From positions 80,686,575 through 80,750,574 of the forward strand of contig JASCQW010000190.1 of NCBI GenBank assembly GCA_030264375.1: 64,000 nt of DNA. Reading direction: 5' to 3'. Below the pieces are notes generated by a model. The model was given only the letters and a program-made list of their open reading frames with translations. It did no database searches and was not told the DNA's origin. The position numbers and the translations under genes are program-made. Of this stretch, positions 49,582 to 61,677 are shown in pieces. Positions within the stretch are counted from its first letter, which is position 1, and every line of letters starts with the position of its first letter. The stretch is from Carcharhinus longimanus (lineage: Eukaryota).

Positions 49582-51544
49582 NNNNNNNNNNNNNNNNNNN
49601 NNNNNNNNNNNNNNNNNNNNNNNNNNNNNNNNNNNNNNNNNNNNNNNNNNNNNNNNNNNNNNNNNNNNNNNNNNNNNNNNNAATGGCGGGGCAGGCTCGA
49701 AGGGCCAGATGGCCTACTCCTGCTCCTATTTCTTATGTTCTTATGTTCTTATGAGATTGAGTGTTAGAGCGTAATTGTGCCATGAGTCAGAAATGGGTAC
49801 CAACCATAGTTTTAGCATAAACAGTCCAATTCCTTACATGGATTGAACCAAAGATGAACTACTTTGGCGATGCCATGCTGACCAATTGTTGTCATCTCAA
49901 GATGATTTCTCAGAATTATCTCCAGAAGTATCAACTTCTTTAGTCCCTAGTGTTATGAATACGGAAGACTTAGTTGAATTTGAGGTGCCTGATGATTGTG
50001 TCTATGTTACCATACCATGTGAGCTCCTTCAATAAATCTGTTATTATTAGTTTGAAGCTGTGCATGCAATCCACAGCCTTTTCTTTTAGCTTAAAACCCC
50101 ATAGTCCTTAATAACATTAGGACAGTACAGTCCTCCTGGCTACATTGCCAAGTTTTGTATCATCTGCCAAATGTGAAATGATGCCCTCTATAGCCTGGTC
50201 CAGATCATTAATCTTCAGCAAGAAATATCTAGTCCTAAGTTGCCCCCTAGAGGGGAATGCTGTGTACTGCTCTCTGCTTTCAACAATGATTTCACCACAG
50301 TTTCCTGTTTTAGTGGCTGAAAAGGTTGAACAGGTTAGGATTTTAATCCCTGGAGTGTAGAAGAATGAGGGGAGATTTGATAGAGGTGTATAAAATTATG
50401 ATGGGTATAGAAAGAGTGAATACAAGCAGGCTTTTTCCACTGAGGCTAGGGGAGAAAAAAACTAGAGGACATGGGCTAAGGGTGAAGGGGGAAAAGTTTA
50501 AAGGGACTGTTGGCAGGGGGGGGGGTTCTTCACACAGAGAGTGGTGGGAGTGTGGAATGAGCTGCCGGATAAAGTGGTAAATGCGGGCTCACTTTTAACG
50601 TTTAAGAAAAACTTGGGCAGGTACATGGGTGAGAGGGGTGTGGAGGGATATGGTCCAGGTGCAGGTCAGTGGGACTAGACAGAAAAATGGTTCGGCACAG
50701 CCAAGAGGGGCCAAAGGGCCTGTTTCTGTGCTCTAGTATTCTATGGTACATCCAACTATTCCTGCTTTCTTAAATGCTTTCATAGTGAGGTTTGTATAGT
50801 TAGTGATGTATGAAAATTTGATCACCTTGCCCTGTAGCCTTATCACTTTGCCTCCTAAACAAACCATTAACAATTAATGTCTTTTTATCTTTCTTGGAGT
50901 CTGTATTGTTTGCATAACAGCCTTGCATTCACCGCTTGAGTAACTCGATGCAGATAAATAGACAAATGCTGCCAAGATAAATAGAGCAAGTGGAGGGGCT
51001 GTTAGTGGCACATATAGGTATATCTCCACACCCTTATTAACACAGGCTTTTATCAATATTTGGGTAAGGCAGTCACAAGATTTATTTTCATGACATGTCT
51101 GCAGACGACCTAAACTATTCTTCAGCCATTTGGCAGATATTTGGCTTCAACACGACTAATATGGTGACCTTGTGCAGCATTACTACTGGGTTTTCCATGA
51201 TACTAAGGAAGGTTGAAGAGCTGTTCAAGTTATCATTATGCCTTTTGTTTTCCAAAAGGAAAATAAAGGGTGTGCCTCAGGATAATGGCCTCCTTCCAAA
51301 TCAGGCCAGGGAAATGTTATGTTGTAAGCAGACCACAGTAGGAATTCAAAGTAATGTTATAGAATTGTTGATGGGTCAAGCAGCTAATGCTACCTTTACT
51401 ACAGAACATGGTCTCTTGCTATTTATTCTCTATTGCGGTGGCATGGTGGCACAGGGGTAAATACGCAGTCATTTGGTTTGACGTGGCCTCCTCATGTGCC
51501 CGGCAGCAGCTGTGATCTCACTGTGTGTTTGCTTTTCTTTTAAG

Positions 51545-51638
51545 TGCTTCAACTGATGAAACCAGTGAAGGAGTTTCAGGAAAAGAAGAAAATATTCCGA
51601 CAAAACGGAAAATGAAATTGAAGTCAGCAATTCAACAG
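51545..51638 (+). CDS. SYTL2: SYTL2-like putative coding exon 4 (linker)
   Basis: Acceptor gcttttcttttaAG. Phase 2 in, phase 0 out. Encodes (S)ASTDETSEGVSGKEENIPTKRKMKLKSAIQQ. Donor CAG|GTAGAA. Confidence 0.72.
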
Positions 51639-52009
51639 GTAGAAAAGGCAGGATTGGAGTGCAGATGCTTTACCAGTGAAACCTGCAAATGTTTGACCTT
51701 TTTAAAAGCAAGCGGATGCAGTGCTGGCTATTACTGATTTTCTTTTTCCCTTCACCTTTTTTGAATTTGTTTTCCAATTTCTGACCTCCCCCAAAGACAA
51801 GTGCTTGGTCCATAGATGCTAGTAACCCACACCCCCACCCTCCATTTGGCACCCCCAGGGAGAAGGGGAGCTGAGTGGGGGACCTTATGAGGCAAAGGGA
51901 TCCCAGTGGAGGGTCTGTGTTACAGTTTGCAAGAATTGTGATATTATGAACATGTTATAAACTTGATGAGTTACCTGTGGAGCTGAAGAAAGTGTTTTTA
52001 TGATTTTTA

Positions 52010-55000
52010 AGAGCAAAGAACAGTACAGCACAGGAACAGGCCCTTTGGCCTATCAAGTCTGTGCCAACATAGATGCCTCTCTAATCTAATACTTTCTTGT
52101 CTCTAAGTGGTCCGTATCCCTCTTTTCCCTACCTATTCATGTATCAATCCAGATGCCTGTTAAAATAGTTATTGAATCTGCTTCAGCCACCTCCTCCAGC
52201 AGCGTGTTCCAGGCATTCACCACCCTCTGTGAGAAAAACTTGCCCCGACACCTTTTTTTTTAAAACTTTCTCTCTCTCAGTCAACCTATGCCCCCAGGTA
52301 ATTGACCCTCTGACCCTGGGAAAAAGACTCTTACTGTCCACTCTATCCAAACCTGCCATAATCTTGTAAACCTCCATCCGGGACCCCTCATCCTCTGACG
52401 CACCAGTGAAACCAATCCAAGTTTGTTCAACCTTTCTTTATAGTCCATATCCTCCAAAGCAGGCAACATCCTGGTAAATCTCTTCTGCCCCCTTTCCAAA
52501 GCATCAACATCCTTCCACTGGAGACCAGAATTGTACACGATACTCCAAACGCGGCCCAATCAAAGTCTTATACAGCTGCAACATGATTTTCCATTTCCTA
52601 AACTCAGTGCCCTGACCAATGAAGGCCAGCAAGCCATACACCTTCTTGGCCATCTTGTCCACCTGAGTTGCCACCTTCAGGGAACTGTAGATCTGCACGC
52701 CTAGGTCCGTCTGCATGCTAATATTTCTAAGAGCTCTATTATTTACTGTATACTTTCCTTCTGCAGCAGGCCTTCCAAATCGCAACATCTTACATTTTAT
52801 CTGGGTTAAATTCCATCTGCTCAAAGGGTGGTGAATCTCTGGAATTCTCTGCCCGTTGAAGTGGTGGAGGCTGCCTCGCTAAATATTTTTAAGACNNNNN
52901 NNNNNNNNNNNNNNNNNNNNNNNNNNNNNNNNNNNNNNNNNNNNNNNNNNNNNNNNNNNNNNNNNNNNNNNNNNNNNNNNNNNNNNNNNNNNNNNNNNNN
53001 NNNNNNNNNNNNNNNNNNNNNNNNNNNNNNNNNNNNNNNNNNNNNNNNNNNNNNNNNNNNNNNNNNNNNNNNNNNNNNNNNNNNNNNNNNNNNNNNNNNN
53101 NNNNNNNNNNNNNNNNNNNNNNNNNNNNNNNNNNNNNNNNNNNNNNNNNNNNNNNNNNNNNNNNNNNNNNNNNNNNNNNNNNNNNNNNNNNNNNNNNNNN
53201 NNNNNNNNNNNNNNNNNNNNNNNNNNNNNNNNNNNNNNNNNNNNNNNNNNNNNNNNNNNNNNNNNNNNNNNNNNNNNNNNNNNNNNNNNNNNNNNNNNNN
53301 NNNNNNNNNNNNNNNNNNNNNNNNNNNNNNNNNNNNNNNNNNNNNNNTGATCTTATTGAATGGCGGGGCAGGCTCGAAGGGCTAGTTGGCCTACTCCTGC
53401 TCCTATTTCTTATGTTCTTATGCATCTTTTTGCCGAGGTCTCCAGCTGAATTATATCCTGCTGTATCCTTTGACAATCCTCCTCACTATCCACTATTCTC
53501 CCAATTTTTGTATCATCTGCAAATTTATTAATCAGACCATCTACATTTTCCTCCAAATCATTTATATATTACAAACAACAGAAGCCCTAGGACTGATCAT
53601 GGTGAAACCCCGCTTGTCACAGACCTCCAGTTAGAAAAGAACCCTTCCACTGCTACTTTCTGCTTTCTTTACCCAAGCCAGTTTTGTATCCATCTTACCA
53701 GTTCACCTTGGATCCCATATGACTTCATCTTTTATATCAGCCTGCCAGGAGGAACCTTATCAAAGGCTTTACTAAAGTCCATGTATACAACATCCACTGC
53801 TCTGCCCTGGTCAATTTTTCTTGTCACTTCCTCAAAGAACTCAATCAAGTTTGTGAGACATGAGCTCCCCTTCACAAAACCACACTGCCTATCGCTAATA
53901 AGCCTGTTTTCTTCCAGATGTGAGCACATCTTGTCCCTAAGAATCTTCTCCAATAATTTCCCCACACTGATGTAAAGCTCACAGGCCTGTAATTGCCCGG
54001 ATTGTCTCTTCTGCTGTTTTTAAACAGAGGATATCACTATCCACTACTCTCTCATCCTCTGGTACCTCGCCCATGACTAAAGAGGATACAAAGATTTTGG
54101 CCAAAGCCTCAGTGATTTCTTCCCTTATCTCAGTATTCTGGGATAGACCTATCTGGCCTTGGGGACTTGTCCACCTTAATGTTTTTCAAAACCTCCAATA
54201 CCACCCCCCTTTTTATCTCAGCATGTCCTAGAATGTCAACATCCTTTTTTCTACACTCACTATCCAGCACATCCTTCTCTTTTGTGAATCAATAAAAATT
54301 GTTGTTTTCTTTGATATTGTCCCAGTCTCCAATCATCGATTAGAATCCTTACAGCACAGAAGGATGTCATTCAGCCTTTCATATCCATATTGCTTCTCTG
54401 CAGAAAGAGCTCAGCTGGTCCTACTCTCTCTTACCCTTTCTCTGTAGTCCTACAAACTTTATTTTTTAATGTAATTATCCAATTTCCTTTTGAAAGGCAT
54501 GATTGGATCTTTCTTTGCCCCCCAACGAGCAGTGCATCCAGATCCTAATTGCTCATCTCATAAAACACTTTTTCTTGTGTCATCACTGTCCTCTGGTTCT
54601 TTGCTCTTCCGCCAATGGGAAAAGTTTGTCAATTTTTCCAGACCCTTTCTGATTTTGAACAACTCTATCAAATCTCTCAACTTTCTCTTCTCTAAGGAGA
54701 ACAGTCCCAGCTTCTCCAATCTATCCATATAACTGAAGCCCCTCCTCTTGTGAATCTTTTCTGCACTTTCTCCAAAAATTCATATCCTTCCTGAAGCGTG
54801 ATTGAGTGTTGTGCAGCATGCTCCAGTTGAGACAGAATCAGAGCTTTATAAATGTTCACCATAGCTTCCTTGCTTTTGTGCTTAATGCCCTTGTTTCTAT
54901 ACAGCCTAGGATCCCACGTGTCTTATGAACTACTTTCTCAACTTGCCCTGCTACCTTCAACGGTTTATGCGCGTACACCTTTGGCCCCCCCACTGTTCTT

Positions 55001-55070
55001 ATGAAATGTGTCCTTCATTTTATATTGCCTCTTTTCATTCTTCTTCCAAAAATGAATCGCTCACATGTCT
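52010..55070 (-). mobile_element. CR1 LINE ORF2 (52010-54290) with a nested + strand CR1 3' end (52825-53422, mostly N) and an adjacent older CR1 3' end (54340-55070)
   Basis: GKLLEKILRD...GFVKGSSCLTNLIEFFEEVT...VDVVYMDFSKAFDKVP, LYKTLIGPRLEY.VQFWSP, and VNLWNSLPVEVVEAASLNIFK. Confidence 0.85.
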
Positions 55071-56053
55071 TGAGAAAGAAATTGACATGACTTAGACTTT
55101 TGGAATAAAACTATCCTGTGTTTTTGTAATATTTAGAACACTTGGATATATAGAATAGAATGCGTTGCAAGAAATTGGATCTCACCATTTTATCTCTGCT
55201 CTCAATATTAACTTCAGGATCACTTAGCTCTTTGGGTACAGCACAGATTAGATAGAGTATAAAGTGTGAATTAAAAAATGCTAACGCCTGGAATTTCCTT
55301 TCTGGTTGTATGCATGTTTCACCTTTCGAAAGAAGATTCGGATATGTCACTGACTAATTCATAGTGTGTTCTCACCTAAGGTGTATACAGACATTCTCTT
55401 GTGAACATGCTTTCTGGTACAGGCAAACCAACAGCTTTCCCCTTTCTCAGTATACGTAGGAGAGGAGGGTGTACGCTTCAGGTGGTTGATGGGGAACGCT
55501 TATCCAGATAAACATCTCATTCATTTCATTTTCTCACCATCCAGACCACAAAATCTAACATGAGTCCTGTTATCAGCAATATCTCAACATCTTTTCAGGC
55601 ACTTGTGACTTCAATTACCTAGGCCAACCTGTGAGATCATTAAAACAATCCCAGCACAGAATTTCTCTGCATATGGTAGAATTGGCACTGCCTACCAGGT
55701 TCCTTCCCTCCAACTTGGCCATGCTTCCTTTATCTGGGACTTTATCCTATGGATGCCAAAGAATCTTCAATCCTATCTCTGCCACCATAATCTCCACTAA
55801 AAACCTCGGAGAATCATAGTAGAGTGCCCGTTTGTAGATTTCTTCTCCTGTCATTTCATTTCTGCATTTTGCTTTAGAGGCTTGGGGGAGGATGGTGTGG
55901 TTGAATAGAATTACTTGTCTACATGGTTTTTGGAGGGAATGGGTTTCAGAAGTGAAATGATCTTTTCTGGGAGTTATACAACTAATGATGTCTTAGCTGA
56001 GATTTTGATGATATCTAACCTGCAGATTTAATTCTTCACTCCTTGTGCTGCAG

Positions 56054-56135
56054 GACAAGTCATTATATGATCCCTGGGAAAGCAGCAGTGATGAACCAAG
56101 TTCTACAGAAGTTGCTGTACGAGCAACAAATAAGG
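56054..56135 (+). CDS. SYTL2: SYTL2-like putative coding exon 5 (linker)
   Basis: Acceptor ttcttcactccttgtgctgCAG. Phase 0 in, phase 1 out. Encodes DKSLYDPWESSSDEPSSTEVAVRATNK. Donor G|GTAATG. Confidence 0.72.
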
Positions 56136-56699
56136 GTAATGAGACAATATCTGAATGACATTTCATCTTGATTATTGGTCCATTTACAAAGGGTTGGTAC
56201 ACCAACTGCACAAGTTATTCATTGTGAAATTTTGTAGATGTTGAGGCACAGAAACAGGTCATTCAGCCCAACTGGTCTATACCAGTATTTATGTTCACAA
56301 CAACCTCCTCCCATCCCTGCTAATTCCCTTCCACTTTTTTTCTCCCGCTGGCTCTTCTCCAGCCTCCCATTAAATGCTCTGTTAATGCAGATAGAATTAA
56401 AATCCATTGATTGGACTGTTTTGTATGATGGGTATCGGAATGAGCTTATAGCTGTATTTACAGAAATACAGTATAGTTGTTTACTCAGACATTCTAGGAA
56501 GTTTTTTGGGGATGTGCTAGAGTTATATGCTCCTCGCTTAACTGCATACCTTGACAGTGCAACCATAGGCAGCTAGTGAGGACAATGTGTCACTCTCCCC
56601 ATCCATATAGTTAGATTAGAAGTACAAGAATTTTTGCAGTGGCAAGATCACCTCATGCACATGAACAACCAATGATGTATTCTGCACTTGAACTTCAAG

Positions 56700-57600
56700 A
56701 CTATATTTTTCCCCTACATGGCCTCATAACTTCACATGAGAAGGGGTCTTAATTGACAAACTTTGCATTCGCCATCCAATTAAGGAAGCAGGGAGCCCCG
56801 ATAGAAGGACTCAGCACCACTGGGAGGAACGAGTGCTGCTGGTGAAGAGGGAACCCAGGAGGATGCCTCTAGAGACATTCACAAAGGTCCCCTGCTCCTT
56901 TTAGTGCCAGTTGAAAATGCTGAAAACACTGCTGCAAGGCCTCAGGCTCTCTGTGCTCAAACTAAGGATGGAAGTTTATGCCCTTCCACTGGGTTACTTT
57001 GGTGACAGGGCATTTAACTGGGTAGGAGGGTGGTGAGTGGGGACTGAGCTTCCTTCTTGACCCTGTGCTCCAATTAAGCAGGAAGGCTGCTCCTAATTGA
57101 GGCCTTTAAGTGGGCAATTGATAGCCACCTGTGGGCCTCATTCCATCGTCGCTGGTGCTTATCCGGCTTCAGGCGGTCGACGTGCCATGCAGAAAGCCCG
57201 AAAAGCAGAGCCTGTCAAGTGCCTGAGCGAGGCACCCAGCATTGGGGGAGGCCTGCTGAGTGTCCCCCTCTTGCTGCCAAATACCCCTTCTCCCTTTACC
57301 CACAACCCCCCTCGCCGCCATCAACCACCAATGCCTGACCCATCAGCAATTCTGGCCAGACATGTGGGTGTGGGCATGTGTAGTGCCAGCAACAGTCACT
57401 GCCTCCCCGGTGGCACTGCTGAGCAATGAAAGGCTGATGATTGGCAGCTTTTAGCAGGCAGCATCTTCATCCCAGAGTCCTTGATGCAAGGCCCACTGCT
57501 GCTGTCCAGTTAAATATTTGATTGGCACTTAATTTGGCAGATCTTCTGATGAAGAGTTAGTGCAGAGCTCTCCAGTCAATGAGTAAGTCTACATTAAACT
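56700..57600. repeat. GC-richer non-autonomous DNA-transposon-like repeat (Harbinger-derived?); similar blocks at 21040-21500, 26280-26900, 60320-60760 and 62980-63320
   Basis: Recurrent motifs (aattgaggcc.ttaagtgg, gattggc, aaaatt ends) in GC-rich islands without coding potential. Family assignment is tentative. Confidence 0.35.
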
Positions 57601-57844
57601 TTGTCCTAGCTGTCCAATCCTAATTTCACATGGGCATTTCCGTGGCTGTTCTCTATTTGAGGGCATTTGCTGATAAATTTTTGCAATTTAAGTTGGAAGA
57701 GTAGCTCTTGTGATCCTGCCGTGTACTTGCCTCAATTTACAGGTCAACAGACTTTGGAATGCAAATATGGAACACGAAACACCGAGATCGTAGTTAAAAA
57801 TCCTGTGTTTGAAATGTGAAAATGAGCTCCAAATGTTATATTAA

Positions 57845-57862
57845 AGCACCCTCTGGTGGCTG
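57845..57862 (-). promoter_or_regulatory. Candidate CTCF-binding site
   Basis: Minus strand CAGCCACCAGAGGGTGCT closely matches the CTCF core GCCACCAG(A/G)GGGCGC and lies in non-repetitive intron sequence. Confidence 0.4.
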
Positions 57863-58889
57863 AATTAAACTACACAGTAAATATATTCATAAACCAACGT
57901 ACAGCAGATGCTGGAAAGATGTGACAGGTCATGTGCTGAGAGAGCAGCAGAGTTGACATTTCAGTTTGATGAGTTTTCATTGTGTTTAGATAGTGAAACA
58001 CTCTGAACGCGATTTTATGGCCTCACTTGTCCCAAAACTGTAAAATCTCACCCGAGGTGAACGGACCTTTCCATGGTCCGCCCTCACCCGCTCTGATTCT
58101 TGTGAGAGGCAGACAGTAAAATTCCAGCCTCTGGCTAAAAGGCTGAGATAGTAACCGCTCTCCGAATCCTACCAATATCTCTTTAACCAGTACACAATGT
58201 GCAAGAGTGGCAAAAGTTGCCTTCCTCATTCAGACCAAATGTTTAACTTCTCTTCTGGGTTCTTTAGTGTTTTCCCATCAAAATACATCGCACATGGCCA
58301 GTTGAAACCCACTTAAAATGGACATCCACCCTGACTGAGAGCTGCTTTGGCTTGGTTCTGTGTTGACAGCATTTCCTTGCATCACCTTCAGATTAAATCT
58401 ATGGTGTGAGAGATCAATGTCGCTACAGAATTGGATCAAGTAGTTATTTTGGGGAGTGAATGAGAATCTGTCAGTGTAGTCTGACTCAAATGGAATGTTC
58501 CATGTGTGTTTTGGTTTTCTTCTTTTTTCTCCCTTCTCCAATTTCTCCCCTCTTCTCAGACTGAGATTAATAGAATTTTGTTGGGTTAGAACATCAAGAA
58601 ATATGGATCAAAGGTGGTGAATGGAGATTAGTTACAGATCAGCAATGATCTGACTGAATTTTGGAACTGGTTCAGATGTTATTTGGCCTTCCTATGTCCC
58701 TCTGTTCCTCCTCAGCTGAATGTTGTTCCATAATGACCCTGGTTGGACGAATTGTTATAATGCAAGACACAGTGACCTTTTTACCAATGTGAGCATGGTC
58801 TCTTGGCCGCAATGAGGCTTTCTGATGCATGGTATAAATCATTAATTCTAACAGAAATCCTAAGTTTTCTCAACTGGTGTATGTTGCAG

Positions 58890-59162
58890 GGCAACAAAGA
58901 GATACAGGACCTAATGTATTCTCCCCAATATCTGAGCCAGCTTCAGATTGGCAGGAAGAAGCCAAGAATGTAAATATTCGCCATCCACAAACCTGCCAGA
59001 CTTCCACAGGTTCTGACATTTCCACTGACCTGCAGATGAGACGTTCTAGTGTTTCTCGAATTCCAAGAAGACTTAATTCTATGGGTGCTTCAGGAGACAT
59101 GGGTAAAACTGGGGAGTCTACAGCACCAAATACCAATATATTGGAGCAAGGCCACGTCAATG
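58890..59162 (+). CDS. SYTL2: SYTL2-like putative coding exon 6 (273 nt, phase 1-1)
   Basis: Acceptor atgttgCAG. Fully open frame (G)QQRDTGPNVFSPISEP...LEQGHVN. Canonical donor G|GTAAGT. Non-repetitive sequence. Confidence 0.78.
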
Positions 59163-59479
59163 GTAAGTAGGTGAAGGAGAAATGTGCTTTATTGGGATGT
59201 GCATAATTTCTGAATGATGATACAGTCTTCTGAAAATTCAATTCTTTTGTAAGTTAATAAATTCACAAAGCTCCATTGGTAAATACGAAAGAATTGCTTA
59301 TGGAATTCTACGTATAACCTTCTACAGAACACCATGATCATCAGAAAATGTTTGAAACATTAGATTGATATACACTTTGTTTGATCTTAGACAATGCTAG
59401 ATCCTGAAACTAAAATCTTAATAATGAGATAGTGACTTATTATGATATTTTTCTCCTGGTGGTTTTCTGCATTTTCTAA

Positions 59480-59805
59480 GGAGATTCACCAGGCCAGTTC
59501 CTGGGATGAGAGGGTTAACAAGAGAGACTAAATAACCAAGGTCTATATTCCTTGGAGTTTAGAAGAGTGAGAAAGTGACCTTATTTAAGCGTCTAAGATC
59601 CTGAGGGGCCTTAACAGGATAGATAGTGAAATGTTTTCACTAGTGGGAAAGTCTCGAACAAGGAGACTTAGCTGCAAGATAAAGAGCCGGTCATTTAAAA
59701 CTGAAGTGCATAGAACTTTATTTAGCAGAGGGTGGTGGGTCTCTGGAATTCTCTGCTTGAAGAGCTTGGTGCCGACTCCTGCTTCTAATACTTATGTTCT
59801 TGTTC
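59480..59805 (+). mobile_element. CR1 3' end, decayed
   Basis: MFSLVGKSRTR..S.KIK.RSFKTE motif, with tail actcctgcttctaatacttatgttctt. Confidence 0.7.
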
Positions 59806-61425
59806 CACAGGGCAATCTTACTCACCTTTTGAAATTGTTCAGTCTGCTTATAGTTCCATATTTTAAGCAGGCATTCACGAAAACAAAAAGATTTTGAGGA
59901 GAGGAAGTGTTTGCTCCATTTTAAAAACCTTGTTATTTTAAAATCTGAATTTATATAGACAGGCTTATGAAGGCATGAATTCTACCCTTGCTATAAAGAA
60001 GTTCAAAAAGGCATTATGAGGCATTAAGCAAAGGCTTAGTACCTAGCTAAACCTGCTTTTTCAAAACAAAATAATCTGACTTTGAGTCAGGGGAGTAATT
60101 TTTCCATTTTATTCCTCAATTTAAGTGAAAGGGCAGCTAGTGGAGATATTGAGCCAGTTGCATGAAGAAGCATGTTCAAGATCAACTTAGAGTTTGCAAT
60201 CCACTATCCTTTTCTATAAATACTGTGTACCATTTCTTCATTTAGGATTCTGAAATATCTCCTTAAGTACCTCCCAGTCCTGTGTTTTAACTTATTTTCC
60301 TGACTACTTTAGAGAACTGTTGGTGCCATCTTTCCAAAATTGCACAGTGTTGGATCAGGTGTGAGAAACTCACTGGTTTCACAGCCTCTTTTTCTCACCT
60401 GATTTAACAGCATTCTTTGCAATTTCAGAATGCTGTTGAGGATTAGACAGCCAGCTGGAGGGGTGGACCCTAAATACATCAGCAATGCTGGGGATCTGAG
60501 ACTGGGAAAGGACACCCGGACCTCCAAGTTAAACTTAAGACTGTTCCCTCCATGGACATCGGGATCCCTCTCCCCAGGGGCTATGGACACCTCCATGTCC
60601 CTGGCGTTGTCACCGTGACTGGTTTTGCTTTTAGAAACCAGTGGCGCTTTGCACTGATGTGACGTCATATTACCAAGGCGGGTAATGAAGCATTGTGGGT
60701 GGACCCAACAGCGTCAATCCCAGTAATTATATATAAATTTATTAAAATATATGGAAATCAGGTTCACACCCTTTCTGAACGTGATCCTGATTACCTCCTG
60801 GTACGGTGGGATGGGGGTAAGAAATTGTTCCAGATGCACTGTACGGACTTGTCCTTAGAGCTGCCATTGTCAATTAGATTTTTCCAATCTATATAAAGAG
60901 TCAAATCGTCCACAATTATTGCAAAACCTTTCCTATGTTTATTTCTTGATTTTATACTGTGTCTTACACAGTTGTTATTATCCGGGATGGGGGTGGGGTG
61001 GTGGTGTGGCAATTATTATTCCCACATGGTGACTTCTTTCCCTTGCAATTTCTTATTTCCACACAGACTGATTTTTCATCTTTATCTTCCAAGCCAAAAT
61101 CATTTCTAACTACCTACCGAGCTCATCCTTTATTAACAGAACTACCCCACTTCCTCTTCCCTCCTTCCTATCCTTCTGAAATGTCAAGTATGCTTGAATA
61201 TTCAGTTCCCAGCCTTGGAAACTTTGCAATCACTCCTCAATAATGGTCATCATAAAATGAATAGGGAATCTACATATTCTCAGTGTGAATATGAGGCTAA
61301 CTTTTGCTTGTCTTTCCTTGTACTGAAAACCAAAAATGATCTTAATATATGTTTGACTTTCTATTGATAGGCCATATTATGAGACAGCTACTATTTGGGA
61401 TGATTTGATATGGTCTCTGTTACAG

Positions 61426-61677
61426 GTCAGTACAAGATTCCTGTAGTTTCCAGTCTAGAATCTCCTACTTGTGAACAAGCTCCAGACCTGACGAGACAAG
61501 ACAGTGTTGCAGATAGTCACTGTGATAGGACACAGGCCTACCAGGCTGCTAAAATTAGGGACCAAAGAGTTGCATCGACTGATGACAGCTCTCTGATGAC
61601 AAGAGTTCAGAGTAATTTAGGTAATACAGATGAAACATGGAAGGCTCCAGAAGAAACTGAGCACAGTAATTTAAATG
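61426..61677 (+). CDS. SYTL2: SYTL2-like putative coding exon 7 (252 nt, phase 1-1); gene continues beyond the window
   Basis: Acceptor tctctgttaCAG. Open frame (G)QYKIPVVSSLESP...ETEHSNLN. Canonical donor G|GTGAGT. Confidence 0.78.

Noticed and set aside
46885-50745. Two closely similar ~320-bp blocks suggesting a segmental duplication
   Set aside because: Similarity is limited to the CR1 3' end and the flanks differ, so these are independent insertions of a young subfamily.
52828-53476. Long ORFs of 185-195 aa (also 12616-13097 and 61555-61869)
   Set aside because: They are open only because they run through N gaps.
58870-59241. 123-aa antisense ORF overlapping exon 6
   Set aside because: Shadow ORF of the real + strand exon, with no recognisable motif or splice support.
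60660-60667. Perfect CRE palindrome TGACGTCA
   Set aside because: A single 8-mer inside a repeat-like block; about one is expected by chance in 64 kb.
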